Made by a program: the position numbers and the translations under genes. Positions 10,431-23,185 of a stretch of DNA of 32,498 bases are shown here, piece by piece. How positions within the stretch are numbered: position 1 is the first letter of the stretch; every line of letters starts with the position of its first letter. Source of the stretch: Nemertoderma westbladi (lineage: Eukaryota; Animalia; Xenacoelomorpha); assembly GCA_032718475.1 (NCBI GenBank), contig JAUCBJ010003210.1, positions 1 through 32,498 of the forward strand, given 5' to 3'. The notes under the pieces were generated by a model. The model ran no database searches. It was given only the letters and a program-made list of their open reading frames with translations, and was not told where the DNA came from.

Positions 10431-13400
10431 ATCAGTAATAAAGTGAAGGATTATGAGACGCCTACTATCTGTAATAAAGTGTATGATTATGAAACGCTAT
10501 CACTATCAGTAATAAAGTGCATGCAGGATTATGAGACGCTATCACTATCAGTAATAAAGTGCAGGATTATGAGACGCTATCACTATCAGTAATAAAGTGC
10601 AGGATTATGAGACGCTATCACTATCAGTAATAAAGTGCAGGATTATGAGACGCTATCACCATCAGTAATAAAGTGCAGGATTATGGGACGCTATCACTAT
10701 CAGTAATAAAGTGCAGTATTATGAGACGCTATCACTATCAGTAATAAAGTGCAGGATTATGGGACGCTATCACTATCAGTAATAAAGTGCAGGATTATGA
10801 GACGCTATCACTATCAGTAATAAAGTGCAGGATTATGAGACGCTATCACTATCAGTAATAAAGTGCATGATTATGAGACGCTATCACTATCAGTAATAAA
10901 GTTATAGAATTATGAGATGCTATCACTATCAGTAATAAAGTGTATGATTATGAGACGCTATAACTATCAGTAATAAAGTGCATACAGGATTATGAGACGC
11001 TATCACTATCAGTAATAAAGTGCAGGATTATGAGACGCTATCACTATCAGTAATAAAGTGCAGGATTATGAGACGCTATCACTATCAGTAATAAAGTGCA
11101 GGATTATGAGACGCTACTGTATCACTATCAGTAATAAAGTGCAGGATTATGAGACACATCTGTAATAAAGTGCAGGATTATGAGACACTATTATCTGTAA
11201 TAAAGTGTATGATTATGAGACGCTATCACTATCAGTAATAAAGGGCATGCAGGATTATGAGACGCTATTACTATCAGTAATAAAGTGCATGCAGGATTAT
11301 GAGACGCTATTACTTATCAGTAATAAAGTGAAGGATTATGAGTCACTACTATCTGTAATAAAGTGTATGATTATGAAACGCTATCGCTATCAGTAATAAA
11401 GTGCATGCAGGATTATGAGACGCTATCACTATCAGTAATAAAGTGCAGGATTATGAGACGCTATCACTATCAGTAATAAAGTTCAGGATTATGGGACGTT
11501 ATCACTATCAGTAATAAAGTGCATGCAGGATTATGAGACGCTATCACTATCAGTAATAAAGTTCAGGATTATGAGACGCTATCACACTATCAGTAATAAA
11601 GTGCAGGATTATGGGACGTTATCACTATCAGTAATAAAGTGCATGCAGGATTATGAGACGCTATCACTATCAGTAATAAAGTGCATGCAGGATTATGAGA
11701 CGCTATCAATATCAGTAATAAAGTGCAGGATTACGAGACGCTATCACTATCAATAATAAAGAGCAGGATTATGAGACACTATCACTATCAGTAATAAAGT
11801 GCATGATTATGGGACGCTATCACTATCAGTAATAAAGTGCATACAGGATTATGAGACGCTATCACTATCAGTAATAAAGTGCAGGATTATGGGACGCTAT
11901 CACTATCAGTAATAAAGTGCAGGATTATGGGACGCTATCACTATGAGTAATAAAGTGATAGAATTATGAGACGCTATCACTATCAGTAATAAAGTGCAGG
12001 ATTATGAGACGCTATCACTATCAGTAATAAAGTGCAGGATTATGAGACGCTATCACTATCAGTAATAAAGTGCATGCAGGATTATGAAACGCTATCAATA
12101 TCATTTATAAAGTGCATGCAGGATTATGAGACGCTATCACTATCAGTAATAAAGTGCAGGATTATGAGACGCTATCACTATAAGTAATAAAGTGCAGGAT
12201 TATGGGACGCTATCACTATCAGTAATAAAGTGCAGGATTATGGGACGCTATCGCTATCAGTAATAAAGTGATAGAATTATGAGACGCTATCACACTATCA
12301 GTAATAAAGTGCAGGATTATGGGACGAGTATCACTATCAGTAATAAAGTGCAGGATTATGAGACGCTATTACTATCAGTAATAAAGTTAAATTCACTCTT
12401 TATTATTATTATTATACACTATATCTACCACCATAGTACCTGGTTTACTAAAGCCACGGGTGAAGTAATGTATATTTTATTGGATTGAGACAAATACAAA
12501 CAATAAAAAAAAATAAAAAAAAATCCTATCAGTAATACTATCAGTAATACTATCAGTAATAAAGTGCATGCAGGATTATGAGACGCTATCATTATCAGTA
12601 ATAAAGTGCATGCAGGATTATGAGACGCTATTACTAACAGTAATAAAGTGCATGCAGGATTATGAGAAGCTATTACTTATCAGTAATAAAGTGCAGGATT
12701 ATGAGACGCTATCACTATCAGTAATAAAGTGATAGAATTATGAGACGCTATCACTATCAGTAATAAAGTGTATGATTATGAGACGCTATCACTATCAGTA
12801 ATAAAGTGCATACAGGATTATGAGACGCTATCACTATCAGTAATAAAGTGCATGATTATGAGACGCTATCACTATCAGTAATAAAGTGATAGAATTATGA
12901 GACGCTATCACTATCAGTAATAAAGTGTATGATTATGAGACGGTATCACTCACTATCAGTAATAAAGTGTATGATTATGAGACGCTATCACTATCAGTAA
13001 TAAAGTGCAGGATTATGGGACGCTATCACTATCAGTAATAAATTGCAGGATTATGAGACGCTATCACTATCAGTAATAAAGTGCAGGATTATGAGACGCT
13101 ATCACTATCAGTAATAAAGTGCATGATTATGAGACGCTATCACTATCAGTAATAAAGTGATAGAATTATGAGACGCTATCACTATCAGTAATAAAGTGTA
13201 TGATTATGAGACGCTATCACTATCAGTAATAAAGTGCATACAGGATTATGAGACGCTATCACTATCAGTAATAAAGTGCAGGATTATGAGACGCTATCAC
13301 TATCAGTAATAAAGTGCAGGATTATGAGACGCTATCACTATCAGTAATAAAGTGCAGGATTATGAGACGCTATCACTATCAGAAATAAAGTGCAGGATTA

Positions 13401-16400
13401 TGAGACACATCTGTAATAAAGTGCAGGATTATGAGACACTATTATCTGTAATAAAGTGTATGATTATGAGACGCTATCACTATCAGTAATAAAGTGCATG
13501 CAGGATTATGAGACGCTATTACTATCAGTAATATAGTGCATGCAGGATTATGAGACGTTATGACTTATCAGTAATAAAGTGAAGGATTATGAGACACTAC
13601 TATCTGTAATAAAGTGTATGATTATGAAACGCTATCACTATCAGTAATAAAGTGCATGCAGGATTATGAGACGCTATCACTATCAGTAATAAAGTGCAGG
13701 ATTATGAGACGCTATCACTATCAGTAATAAAGTGCAGGATTATGAGACGCTATCAGTATCAGTAATAAAGTGCAGGATTATGAGACGCTATCACTATCAG
13801 TAATAAAGTGCAGGATTATGGGACGCTATCACTATCAGTAATAAAGTGCAGGATTATGAGACGCTATCACACTATCAGTAATAAAGTGCAGGAGTATGGG
13901 ACGCTATCACTATCAGTAATAAAGTGCATGCAGGATTATGAGACGCTATCACTATCAATAATAAAGTGCATGCAGGATTGTGAGACGCTATCAATATCAG
14001 TAATAAAGTGCAGGATTACGAGACGCTATCACTATCAGTAATAAAGTGCAGGATTATGAGACACTATCACACTATCAGTAATAAACTGCAGGATTATGGG
14101 ACGCTATCACTATCAGTAATAAAGTGCAGGATTATGGGACGATATCACTATCAGTAATAAAGTGCATGCAGGATTATGAGACGCTATCACTATCAGTAAT
14201 AAAGTGCAGGATTATGAGACGCTATCACTATCAGTAATAAAGTGCAGGATTATGAGACGCTATCACTATCAGTAATAAAGTGCAGGATTATGGGACGCTA
14301 TCACTATCAGTAATAAAGTGCAGGATTATGGGACGCTATCGCTATCAGTAATAAAGTGATAGAATTATGAGACGCTATCACACTATCAGTAATAAAGTGC
14401 AGGATTATGGGACGAGTATCACTATCAGTAATAAAGTGCAGGATTATGAGACGCTATCACTATCAGTAATAAAGTGCATGCAGGATTATGAGACGCTATC
14501 ATTATCAGTAATAAAGTGCATGCAGGATTATGAGACGCTATTACAGTACTAACAGTAATAAAGTGCATGCAGGATTATGAGAAGCTATTACTTATCAGTA
14601 ATAAAGTGCAGGATTATGAGACGCTATCACTATCAGTAATAAAGTGCAGGATTATGGGACGCTATCACTATCAGTAATAAAGTGCAGGATTATGGGACGC
14701 TATCGCTATCAGTAATAAAGTGATAGAATTATGAGACGCTATCACACTATCAGTAATAAAGTGCAGGATTATGGGACGAGTATCACTATCAGTAATAAAG
14801 TGCAGGATTATGAGACGCTATCACTATCAGTAATAAAGTGCATGCAGGATTATGAGACGCTATCATTATCAGTAATAAAGTGCATGCAGGATTATGAGAC
14901 GCTATTACTAACAGTAATAAAGTGCATGCAGGATTATGAGAAGCTATTACTTATCAGTAATAAAGTGCAGGATTATGAGACGTTATCACTATCAGTAATA
15001 AAGTGATAGAATTATGAGACGCTATCACTATCAGTAATAAAGTGTATGATTATGAGACGCTATCATTATCAGTAATAAAGTGCATGATTATGAGACGCTA
15101 TCACTATCAGTAATAAAGTGATAGAATTATGAGACGCTATCACTATCAGTAATAAAGTGTATGATTATGAGACGCTATCACTATCAGTAATAAAGTGCAT
15201 ACAGGATTATGAGACGCTATCACTATCAGTAATAAAGTGCATGATTATGAGACGCTATCACTATCAGTAATAAAGTGATAGAATTATAAGACGCTATCAC
15301 TATCAGTAATAAAGTGTATGATTATGAGACGCTATCATTATCAGTAATAAAGTGCATGATTATGAGACGCTATCACTATCAGTAATAAAGTGATAGAATT
15401 ATGAGACGCTATCACTATCAGTAATAAAGTGTATGATTATGAGACGCTATCACTATCAGTAATAAAGTGCATGCAGGATTATGAGACGCTATCAATATCA
15501 GTAATAAAGTGCAGGATTACGAGACGCTATCACTATCAATAATAAAGAGCAGGATTATGAGACACTATCACTATCAGTAATAAAGTGCATGATTATGGGA
15601 CGCTATCACTATCAGTAATAAAGTGCATACAGGATTATGAGACGCTATCACTATCAGTAATAAAGTGCAGGATTATGGGACGCTATCACTATCAGTAATA
15701 AAGTGCAGGATTATGGGACGCTATCACTATGAGTAATAAAGTGATAGAATTATGAGACGCTATCACTATCAGTAATAAAGTGCAGGATTATGAGACGCTA
15801 TCACTATCAGTAATAAAGTGCAGGATTATGAGACGCTATCACTATCAGTAATAAAGTGCATGCAGGATTATGAAACGCTATCAATATCATTTATAAAGTG
15901 CATGCAGGATTATGAGACGCTATCACTATCAGTAATAAAGTGCAGGATTATGAGACGCTATCACTATAAGTAATAAAGTGCAGGATTATGGGACGCTATC
16001 ACTATCAGTAATAAAGTGCAGGATTATGGGACGCTATCGCTATCAGTAATAAAGTGATAGAATTATGAGACGCTATCACACTATCAGTAATAAAGTGCAG
16101 GATTATGGGACGAGTATCACTATCAGTAATAAAGTGCAGGATTATGAGACGCTATCACTATCAGTAATAAAGTGCATGCAGGATTATGAGACGCTATCAT
16201 TATCAGTAATAAAGTGCATGCAGGATTATGAGACGCTATTACTAACAGTAATAAAGTGCATGCAGGATTATGAGAAGCTATTACTTATCAGTAATAAAGT
16301 GCAGGATTATGAGACGCTATCACTATCAGTAATAAAGTGATAGAATTATGAGACGCTATCACTATCAGTAATAAAGTGTATGATTATGAGACGCTATCAT

Positions 16401-19400
16401 TATCAGTAATAAATTGCATGATTATGAGCCGATATCACTATCAGTAATAAAGTGATAGAATTATGAGACGCTATCACTATCAGTAATAAAGTGTATGATT
16501 ATGAGACGCTATCACTATCAGTAATAAAGTGCATACAGGATTATGAGACGCTATCACTATCAGTAATAAAGTGCATGATTATGAGACGCTATCACTATCA
16601 GTAATAAAGTGATAGAATTATAAGACGCTATCACTATCAGTAATAAAGTGTATGATTATGAGACGGTATCACTCACTATCAGTAATAAGGTGTATGATTA
16701 TGAGACGCTATCACTATCAGTAATAAAGTGCAGGATTATGGGACGCTATCACTATCAGTAATAAATTGCAGGATTATGAGACGCTATCACTATCAGTAAT
16801 AAAGTGCAGGATTATGAGACGCTATCACTATCAGTAATAAAGTGCATGATTATGAGACGCTATCACTATCAGTAATAAAGTGATAGAATTATGAGACGCT
16901 ATCACTATCAGTAATAAAGTGTATGATTATGAGACGCTATCACTATCAGTAATAAAGTGCATACAGGATTATGAGACGCTATCACTATCAGTAATAAAGT
17001 GCAGGATTATGAGACGCTATCACTATCAGTAATAAAGTGCAGGATTATGAGACGCTATCACTATCAGTAATAAAGTGCAGGATTATGAGACGCTATCACT
17101 ATCAGAAATAAAGTGCAGGATTATGAGACACATCTGTAATAAAGTGCAGGATTATGAGACACTATTATCTGTAATAAAGTGTATGATTATGAGACGCTAT
17201 CACTATCAGTAATAAAGTGCATGCAGGATTATGAGACGCTATTACTATCAGTAATATAGTGCATGCAGGATTATGAGACGTTATGACTTATCAGTAATAA
17301 AGTGAAGGATTATGAGACACTACTATCTGTAATAAAGTGTATGATTATGAAACGCTATCACTATCAGTAATAAAGTGCATGCAGGATTATGAGACGCTAT
17401 CACTATCAGTAATAAAGTGCAGGATTATGAGACGCTATCACTATCAGTAATAAAGTGCAGGATTATGAGACGCTATCAGTATCAGTAATAAAGTGCAGGA
17501 TTATGGGACGCTATCACTATCAGTAATAAAGTGCAGGATTATGAGACGCTATCACACTATCAGTAATAAAGTGCAGGAGTATGGGACGCTATCACTATCA
17601 GTAATAAAGTGCATGCAGGATTATGAGACGCTATCACTATCAATAATAAAGTGCATGCAGGATTGTGAGACGCTATCAATATCAGTAATAAAGTGCAGGA
17701 TTACGAGACGCTATCACTATCAGTAATAAAGTGCAGGATTATGAGACACTATCACACTATCAGTAATAAAGTGCAGGATTATGGGACGCTATCACTATCA
17801 GTAATAAAGTGCAGGATTATGGGACGATATCACTATCAGTAATAAAGTGCATGCAGGATTATGAGACGCTATCACTATCAGTAATAAAGTGCAGGATTAT
17901 GAGACGCTATCACTATCAGTAATAAAGTGCAGGATTATGAGACGCTATCACTATCAGTAATAAAGTGCAGGATTATGGGACGCTATCACTATCAGTAATA
18001 AAGTGCAGGATTATGGGACGCTATCGCTATCAGTAATAGAGTGATAGAATTATGAGACGCTATCACACTATCAGTAATAAAGTGCAGGATTATGGGACGA
18101 GTATCACTATCAGTAATAAAGTGCAGGATTATGAGACGCTATCACTATCAGTAATAAAGTGCATGCAGGATTATGAGACGCTATCATTATCAGTAATAAA
18201 GTGCATGCAGGATTATGAGACGCTATTACAGTACTAACAGTAATAAAGTGCATGCAGGATTATGAGAAGCTATTACTTATCAGTAATAAAGTGCAGGATT
18301 ATGAGACGCTATCACTATCAGTAATAAAGTGATAGAATTATGAGACGCTATCACTATCAGTAATAAAGTGTATGATTATGAGACGGTATCACTCACTATC
18401 AGTAATAAAGTGTATGATTATGAGACGCTATCACTATCAGTAATAAAGTGCAGGATTATGGGACGCTATCACTATCAGTAATAAATTGCAGGATTATGAG
18501 ACGCTATCACTATCAGTAATAAAGTGCAGGATTATGAGACGCTATCACTATCAGTAATAAAGTGCATGATTATGAGACGCTATCACTATCAGTAATAAAG
18601 TGATAGAATTATGAGACGCTATCACTATCAGTAATAAAGTGTATGATTATGAGACGCTATCACTATCAGTAATAAAGTGCATACAGGATTATGAGACGCT
18701 ATCACTATCAGTAATAAAGTGCAGGATTATGAGACGCTATCACTATCAGTAATAAAGTGCAGGATTATGAGACGCTATCACTATCAGTAATAAAGTGCAG
18801 GATTATGAGACGCTATCACTATCAGAAATAAAGTGCAGGATTATGAGACAGATCTGTAATAAAGTGCAGGATTATGAGACACTATTATCTGTAATAAAGT
18901 GTATGATTATGAGACGCTATCACTATCAGTAATAAAGTGCATGCAGGATTATGAGACGCTATTACTATCAGTAATATAGTGCATGCAGGATTATGAGACG
19001 CTATGACTTATCAGTAATAAAGTGAAGGATTATGAGACACTACTATCTGTAATAAAGTGTATGATTATGAAACGCTATCACTATCAGTAATAAAGTGCAT
19101 GCAGGATTATGAGACGCTATCACTATCAGTAATAAAGTGCAGGATTATGAGACGCTATCACTATCAGTAATAAAGTGCAGGATTATGAGACGCTATCAGT
19201 ATCAGTAATAAAGTGCAGGATTATGAGACGCTATCACTATCAGTAATAAAGTGCAGGATTATGGGACGCTATCACTATCAGTAATAAAGTGCAGGATTAT
19301 GAGACGCTATCACACTATCAGTAATAAAGTGCAGGAGTATGGGACGCTATCACTATCAGTAATAAAGTGCATGCAGGATTATGAGACGCTATCACTATCA

Positions 19401-21716
19401 GTAATAAAGTGCATGCAGGATTGTGAGACGCTATCAATATCAGTAATAAAGTGCAGGAGTACGAGACGCTATCACTATCAGTAATAAAGTGCAGGATTAT
19501 GAGACACTATCACACTATCAGTAATAAAGTGCAGGATTATGGGACGCTATCACTATCAGTAATAAAGTGCAGGATTATGGGACGCTATCACTATCAGTAA
19601 TAAAGTGCATGCAGGATTATGAGACGCTATCACTATCAGTAATAAAGTGCAGGATTATGAGACGCTATCACTATCAGTAATAAAGTGCAGGATTATGAGA
19701 CGCTATCACTATCAGTAATAAAGTGCAGGATTATGGGACGCTATCACTATCAGTAATAAAGTGCAGGATTATGGGACGCTATCGCTATCAGTAATAAAGT
19801 GATAGAATTATGAGACGCTATCACACTATCAGTAATAAAGTGCAGGATTATGGGACGAGTATCACTATCAGTAATAAAGTGCAGGATTATGAGACGCTAT
19901 CACTATCAGTAATAAAGTGCATGCAGGATTATGAGACGCTATCATTATCAGTAATAAAGTGCATGCAGGATTATGAGACGCTATTACTAACAGTAATAAA
20001 GTGCATGCAGGATTATGAGAAGCTATTACTTATCAGTAATAAAGTGCAGGATTATGAGACGCTATCACTATCAGTAATAAAGTGATAGAATTATGAGACG
20101 CTATCACTATCAGTAATAAAGTGTATGATTATGAGACGCTATCATTATCAGTAATAAAGTGCATGATTATGAGACGCTATCACTATCAGTAATAAAGTGA
20201 TAGAATTATGAGACGCTATCACTATCAGTAATAAAGTGTATGATTATGAGACGCTATCACTATCAGTAATAAAGTGCATACAGGATTATGAGACGCTATC
20301 ACTATCAGTAATAAAGTGCATGATTATGAGACGCTATCACTATCAGTAATAAAGTGATAGAATTATAAGACGCTATCACTATCAGTAATAAAGTGTATGA
20401 TTATGAGACGCTATCATTATCAGTAATAAAGTGCATGATTATGAGACGCTATCACTATCAGTAATAAAGTGATAGAATTATGAGACGCTATCACTATCAG
20501 TAATAAAGTGTATGATTATGAGACGCTATCACTATCAGTAATAAAGTGCATACAGGATTATGAGACGCTATCACTATCAGTAATAAAGTGCATGATTATG
20601 AGACGCTATCACTATCAGTAATAAAGTGATAGAATTATGAGACGCTATCACTATCAGTAATAAAGTGTATGATTATGAGACGCTATCACTATCAGTAATA
20701 AAGAGCAGGATTATGAGACGCTATCACTATCAGTAATAAAGTGCATGATTATGAGACGCTATCACTATCAGTAATAAAGTGCAGGATTATGAGACGCTAT
20801 CACTATCAGTAATAAAGTGATATAATTATGAGACGCTATCGGTATCAGTAATAAAGTGATAGAATTATGAGACGCTATCACTATCAGTAATAAAGTGCAT
20901 GATTATGGGACGCTATCACTATCAGTAATAAAGTGCATGCAGGATTATGAGACGACGCTATCACTATCAGTAATAAAGTTGCAGGATTATGAGACGCTAT
21001 CACTATCAGTAATAAAGTGCATGATTATGAGACGCTATCGCTATCAGTAATAAAGTGATAGAATTATGAGACGCTATCACTATCAGTAATAAAGTGTATG
21101 ATTATGAGACGCTATCACTATCAGTAATAAAGTGCAGGATTATGGGACGCTATCACTATCAGTAATAAAGTTGCAGGATTATGAGACGCTATCACACTAT
21201 CAGTAATAAAGTGCAGGATTATGGGACGCTATCACTATCAGTAATAAAGTGCAGGATTATGAGACACTATTATCTGTAATAAAGTATATGATTATGAGAC
21301 GCTATCACTATCAGTAATAAAGTGCAGGATTATGAGACGCTATCACTATCAGTAATAAAGTGCAGGATTATGAGACGCTATCACTATCAGTGATAAAGTG
21401 CAGGATTATGAGACGCTATCACTATCAGTAATAAAGTGCAGGATTATGAGACGCTATTACTATCAGTAATAAAGTGCAGGATTATGAGACGCTATTACTA
21501 TCAGTAATAAAGTGCAGGATTATGAGACGCTATCACTATCAGTAATAAAGTGTATGATTATGAGACGCTATCACTATCAGTAATAAAGTGCATGCAGGAT
21601 TATGAGACGCTATTACTTATCAGTAATAAAGTGCAGGATTATGAGACGCTATTACTTATCAGTAATAAAGTGCAGGATTATGAGACAATATTATCTGTAA
21701 TAAAGTGCAGGATTAT
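10431..21716. repeat. Satellite array with a 38-bp monomer (ATCAGTAATAAAGTGCAGGATTATGAGACGCTATCACT), roughly 285-290 copies, with higher-order repeats
   Basis: Direct reading. Recurrent variants include +4 bp (GCATGCAG, GCATACAG), GTGATAGAA, GTGTATG, GGGACG, +2 bp (ATCACACT) and a short GAGACACATCTGT unit. Confidence 0.98.
12388..12525. mobile_element. 138-bp non-satellite insertion inside the array, probably a short retroposed fragment
   Basis: Unique sequence with an (ATT)n run and an A-rich end, flanked by CTATCAGTAATAAAGT at 12372-12387 and 12550-12565. Two extra CTATCAGTAATA 12-mers lie at 12526-12549. Confidence 0.65.
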
Positions 21717-22025
21717 TCGCCTTGAAGTTAATAGTTAATATTTATTTGAAGGAAAAAACACTTGAAGAAAGGCGATGTGATTCTCAGTAATTCACTCTTA
21801 ATTTCATTATATTTGCAATGAATTATTAATAGTACAATATTATAGCAAATACTATCTCAATATTACTAGTAAAATAAATTAAGATACATAAGAAGATACA
21901 GGGATAATTTCAAAAAACTAATCAAAACCAACTAGCACAATGCAGCAATATAACAAATGGGCACAAACATTAATGAACGTTTCTGTAGAATAAATTAGCG
22001 ATAAATATATCATAATAATGTAGTA

Positions 22026-22921
22026 CACCATGAACCGTAATATAGTGTCATTTTCTGATAACACGGACCCCCCCCCCCCCCCCCCCCAGATTTTTCTACA
22101 AATCTTTATCATATTGCTTGAAATTTGAAACACAACTAGTTCAACTCACCGTGGTTGTTACCATGAAGCCGGAATTTTCGATTTCGCCTTCAAATTTTAT
22201 TTATAAGCGTTTTAAAAAAGTGTCTTTTGCGAAATCGCACCCTCTGTATCATTGCCATTCTTCACTTTAGTCGTAATTGTTTCACATCAATAGAAAGCTT
22301 ACGTTGAAAGGATTCCAAATATGTAGCAATATTTGAATTTCATTGAGAAACAGCTGAGAAATAGGCGTTCAAAGATTGTAAGACTTATTGTTCGCTGCAG
22401 GCCATTTATTATATTTATTTATTTAATAAATACACAATGTTCTGGAACATTTTGTTTAAGTATGAATAGCTACACAATAGATGGATGTATTGGATAGGTA
22501 TTCTGCTGTTGCCTACCAACTCAGAAAATAAATAACACGTTCCGGAACATTGTGTATTTATTAAATAGAATAAATGGCTTGCAGCGAACAATCATTCTTG
22601 CAATCATTCTTGAACGCCTATTTCTCAGCTGTTTCTCAATGAAATTCAGATATTGCTACATATTTGGAATCCTTGCAACGTAAGCTTTCTAATGATATGA
22701 TAAAGTTACGACTAATGTGAAGAATAGCCTCGATACGGAGGGTGCGATTTCGCAAAAGACACTCGAAAATTCCGGCTTCATGGCGTCAACCACGGTGAGT
22801 TGAACTAGTTGTGTTTCAAAGCTCAAGCAATTTGATAAAGATTTGTAGAAAAATCTGGGGGGGGGGGGGGGGGGGTGGGTCCGTGTCATCAGAAAATGAC
22901 ACTATATTACGGTTCATGGTG
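22026..22921. mobile_element. Foldback/MITE-like non-autonomous DNA transposon with ~400-bp inverted arms
   Basis: Termini are CACCATGAACCGTAATATAGTGTCATTTTCTGAT and ATCAGAAAATGACACTATATTACGGTTCATGGTG. The arms (~22026-22448 and ~22539-22921) are reverse complements with indels around a ~90-bp spacer. The left flank is TA and the right flank CA, possibly a mutated TA TSD of the Tc1/mariner type. Confidence 0.88.
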
Positions 22922-22934
22922 CATAACTGATTAA

Positions 22935-23098
22935 TAACAAATAAACTATAATTATTGTCTGTTCGAGAACGGAATATACGGATATAATACCTGAAGCAAA
23001 TTAATCTGTATAACTACTGATGCCGTAGGCCGAAGTAGTTAAACATGATTTATTTGCTGAAGGTATTATAGCCGTATATTCCGTTAATTTATTTGTTA
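22935..23098. repeat. Imperfect palindrome (hairpin) with a central GCC-GTA-GGC mini-hairpin
   Basis: 22968-23018 pairs with 23034-23085 with few mismatches. Outer TAACAAATAAA (22935-22945) pairs with TTTATTTGTTA (23088-23098). Confidence 0.85.
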
Positions 23099-23185
23099 TA
23101 ATTATCTTCTTCGAATCATAGATATTATTATAAATATCCAATTTTTTAAGTACAATAGTTTATAACAAGGTCGGCGGAAGGTAAT

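Noticed and set aside
21385-21399. Similarity of the monomer to the tet operator (CTATCAGTGATA)
   Set aside because: Only a partial match in one variant. There is no full 19-bp tetO or vector sequence, and the array shows natural mutational structure.
10431-21716. CRISPR-like appearance of the 38-bp repeats
   Set aside because: The monomers are contiguous with no unique spacers, there are no cas genes, and the context is eukaryotic.
11205-21738. Repetitive short ORFs (MQDYETLSLSVIK...)
   Set aside because: They are translations of the satellite. The 38-bp unit shifts frame and stops are frequent.
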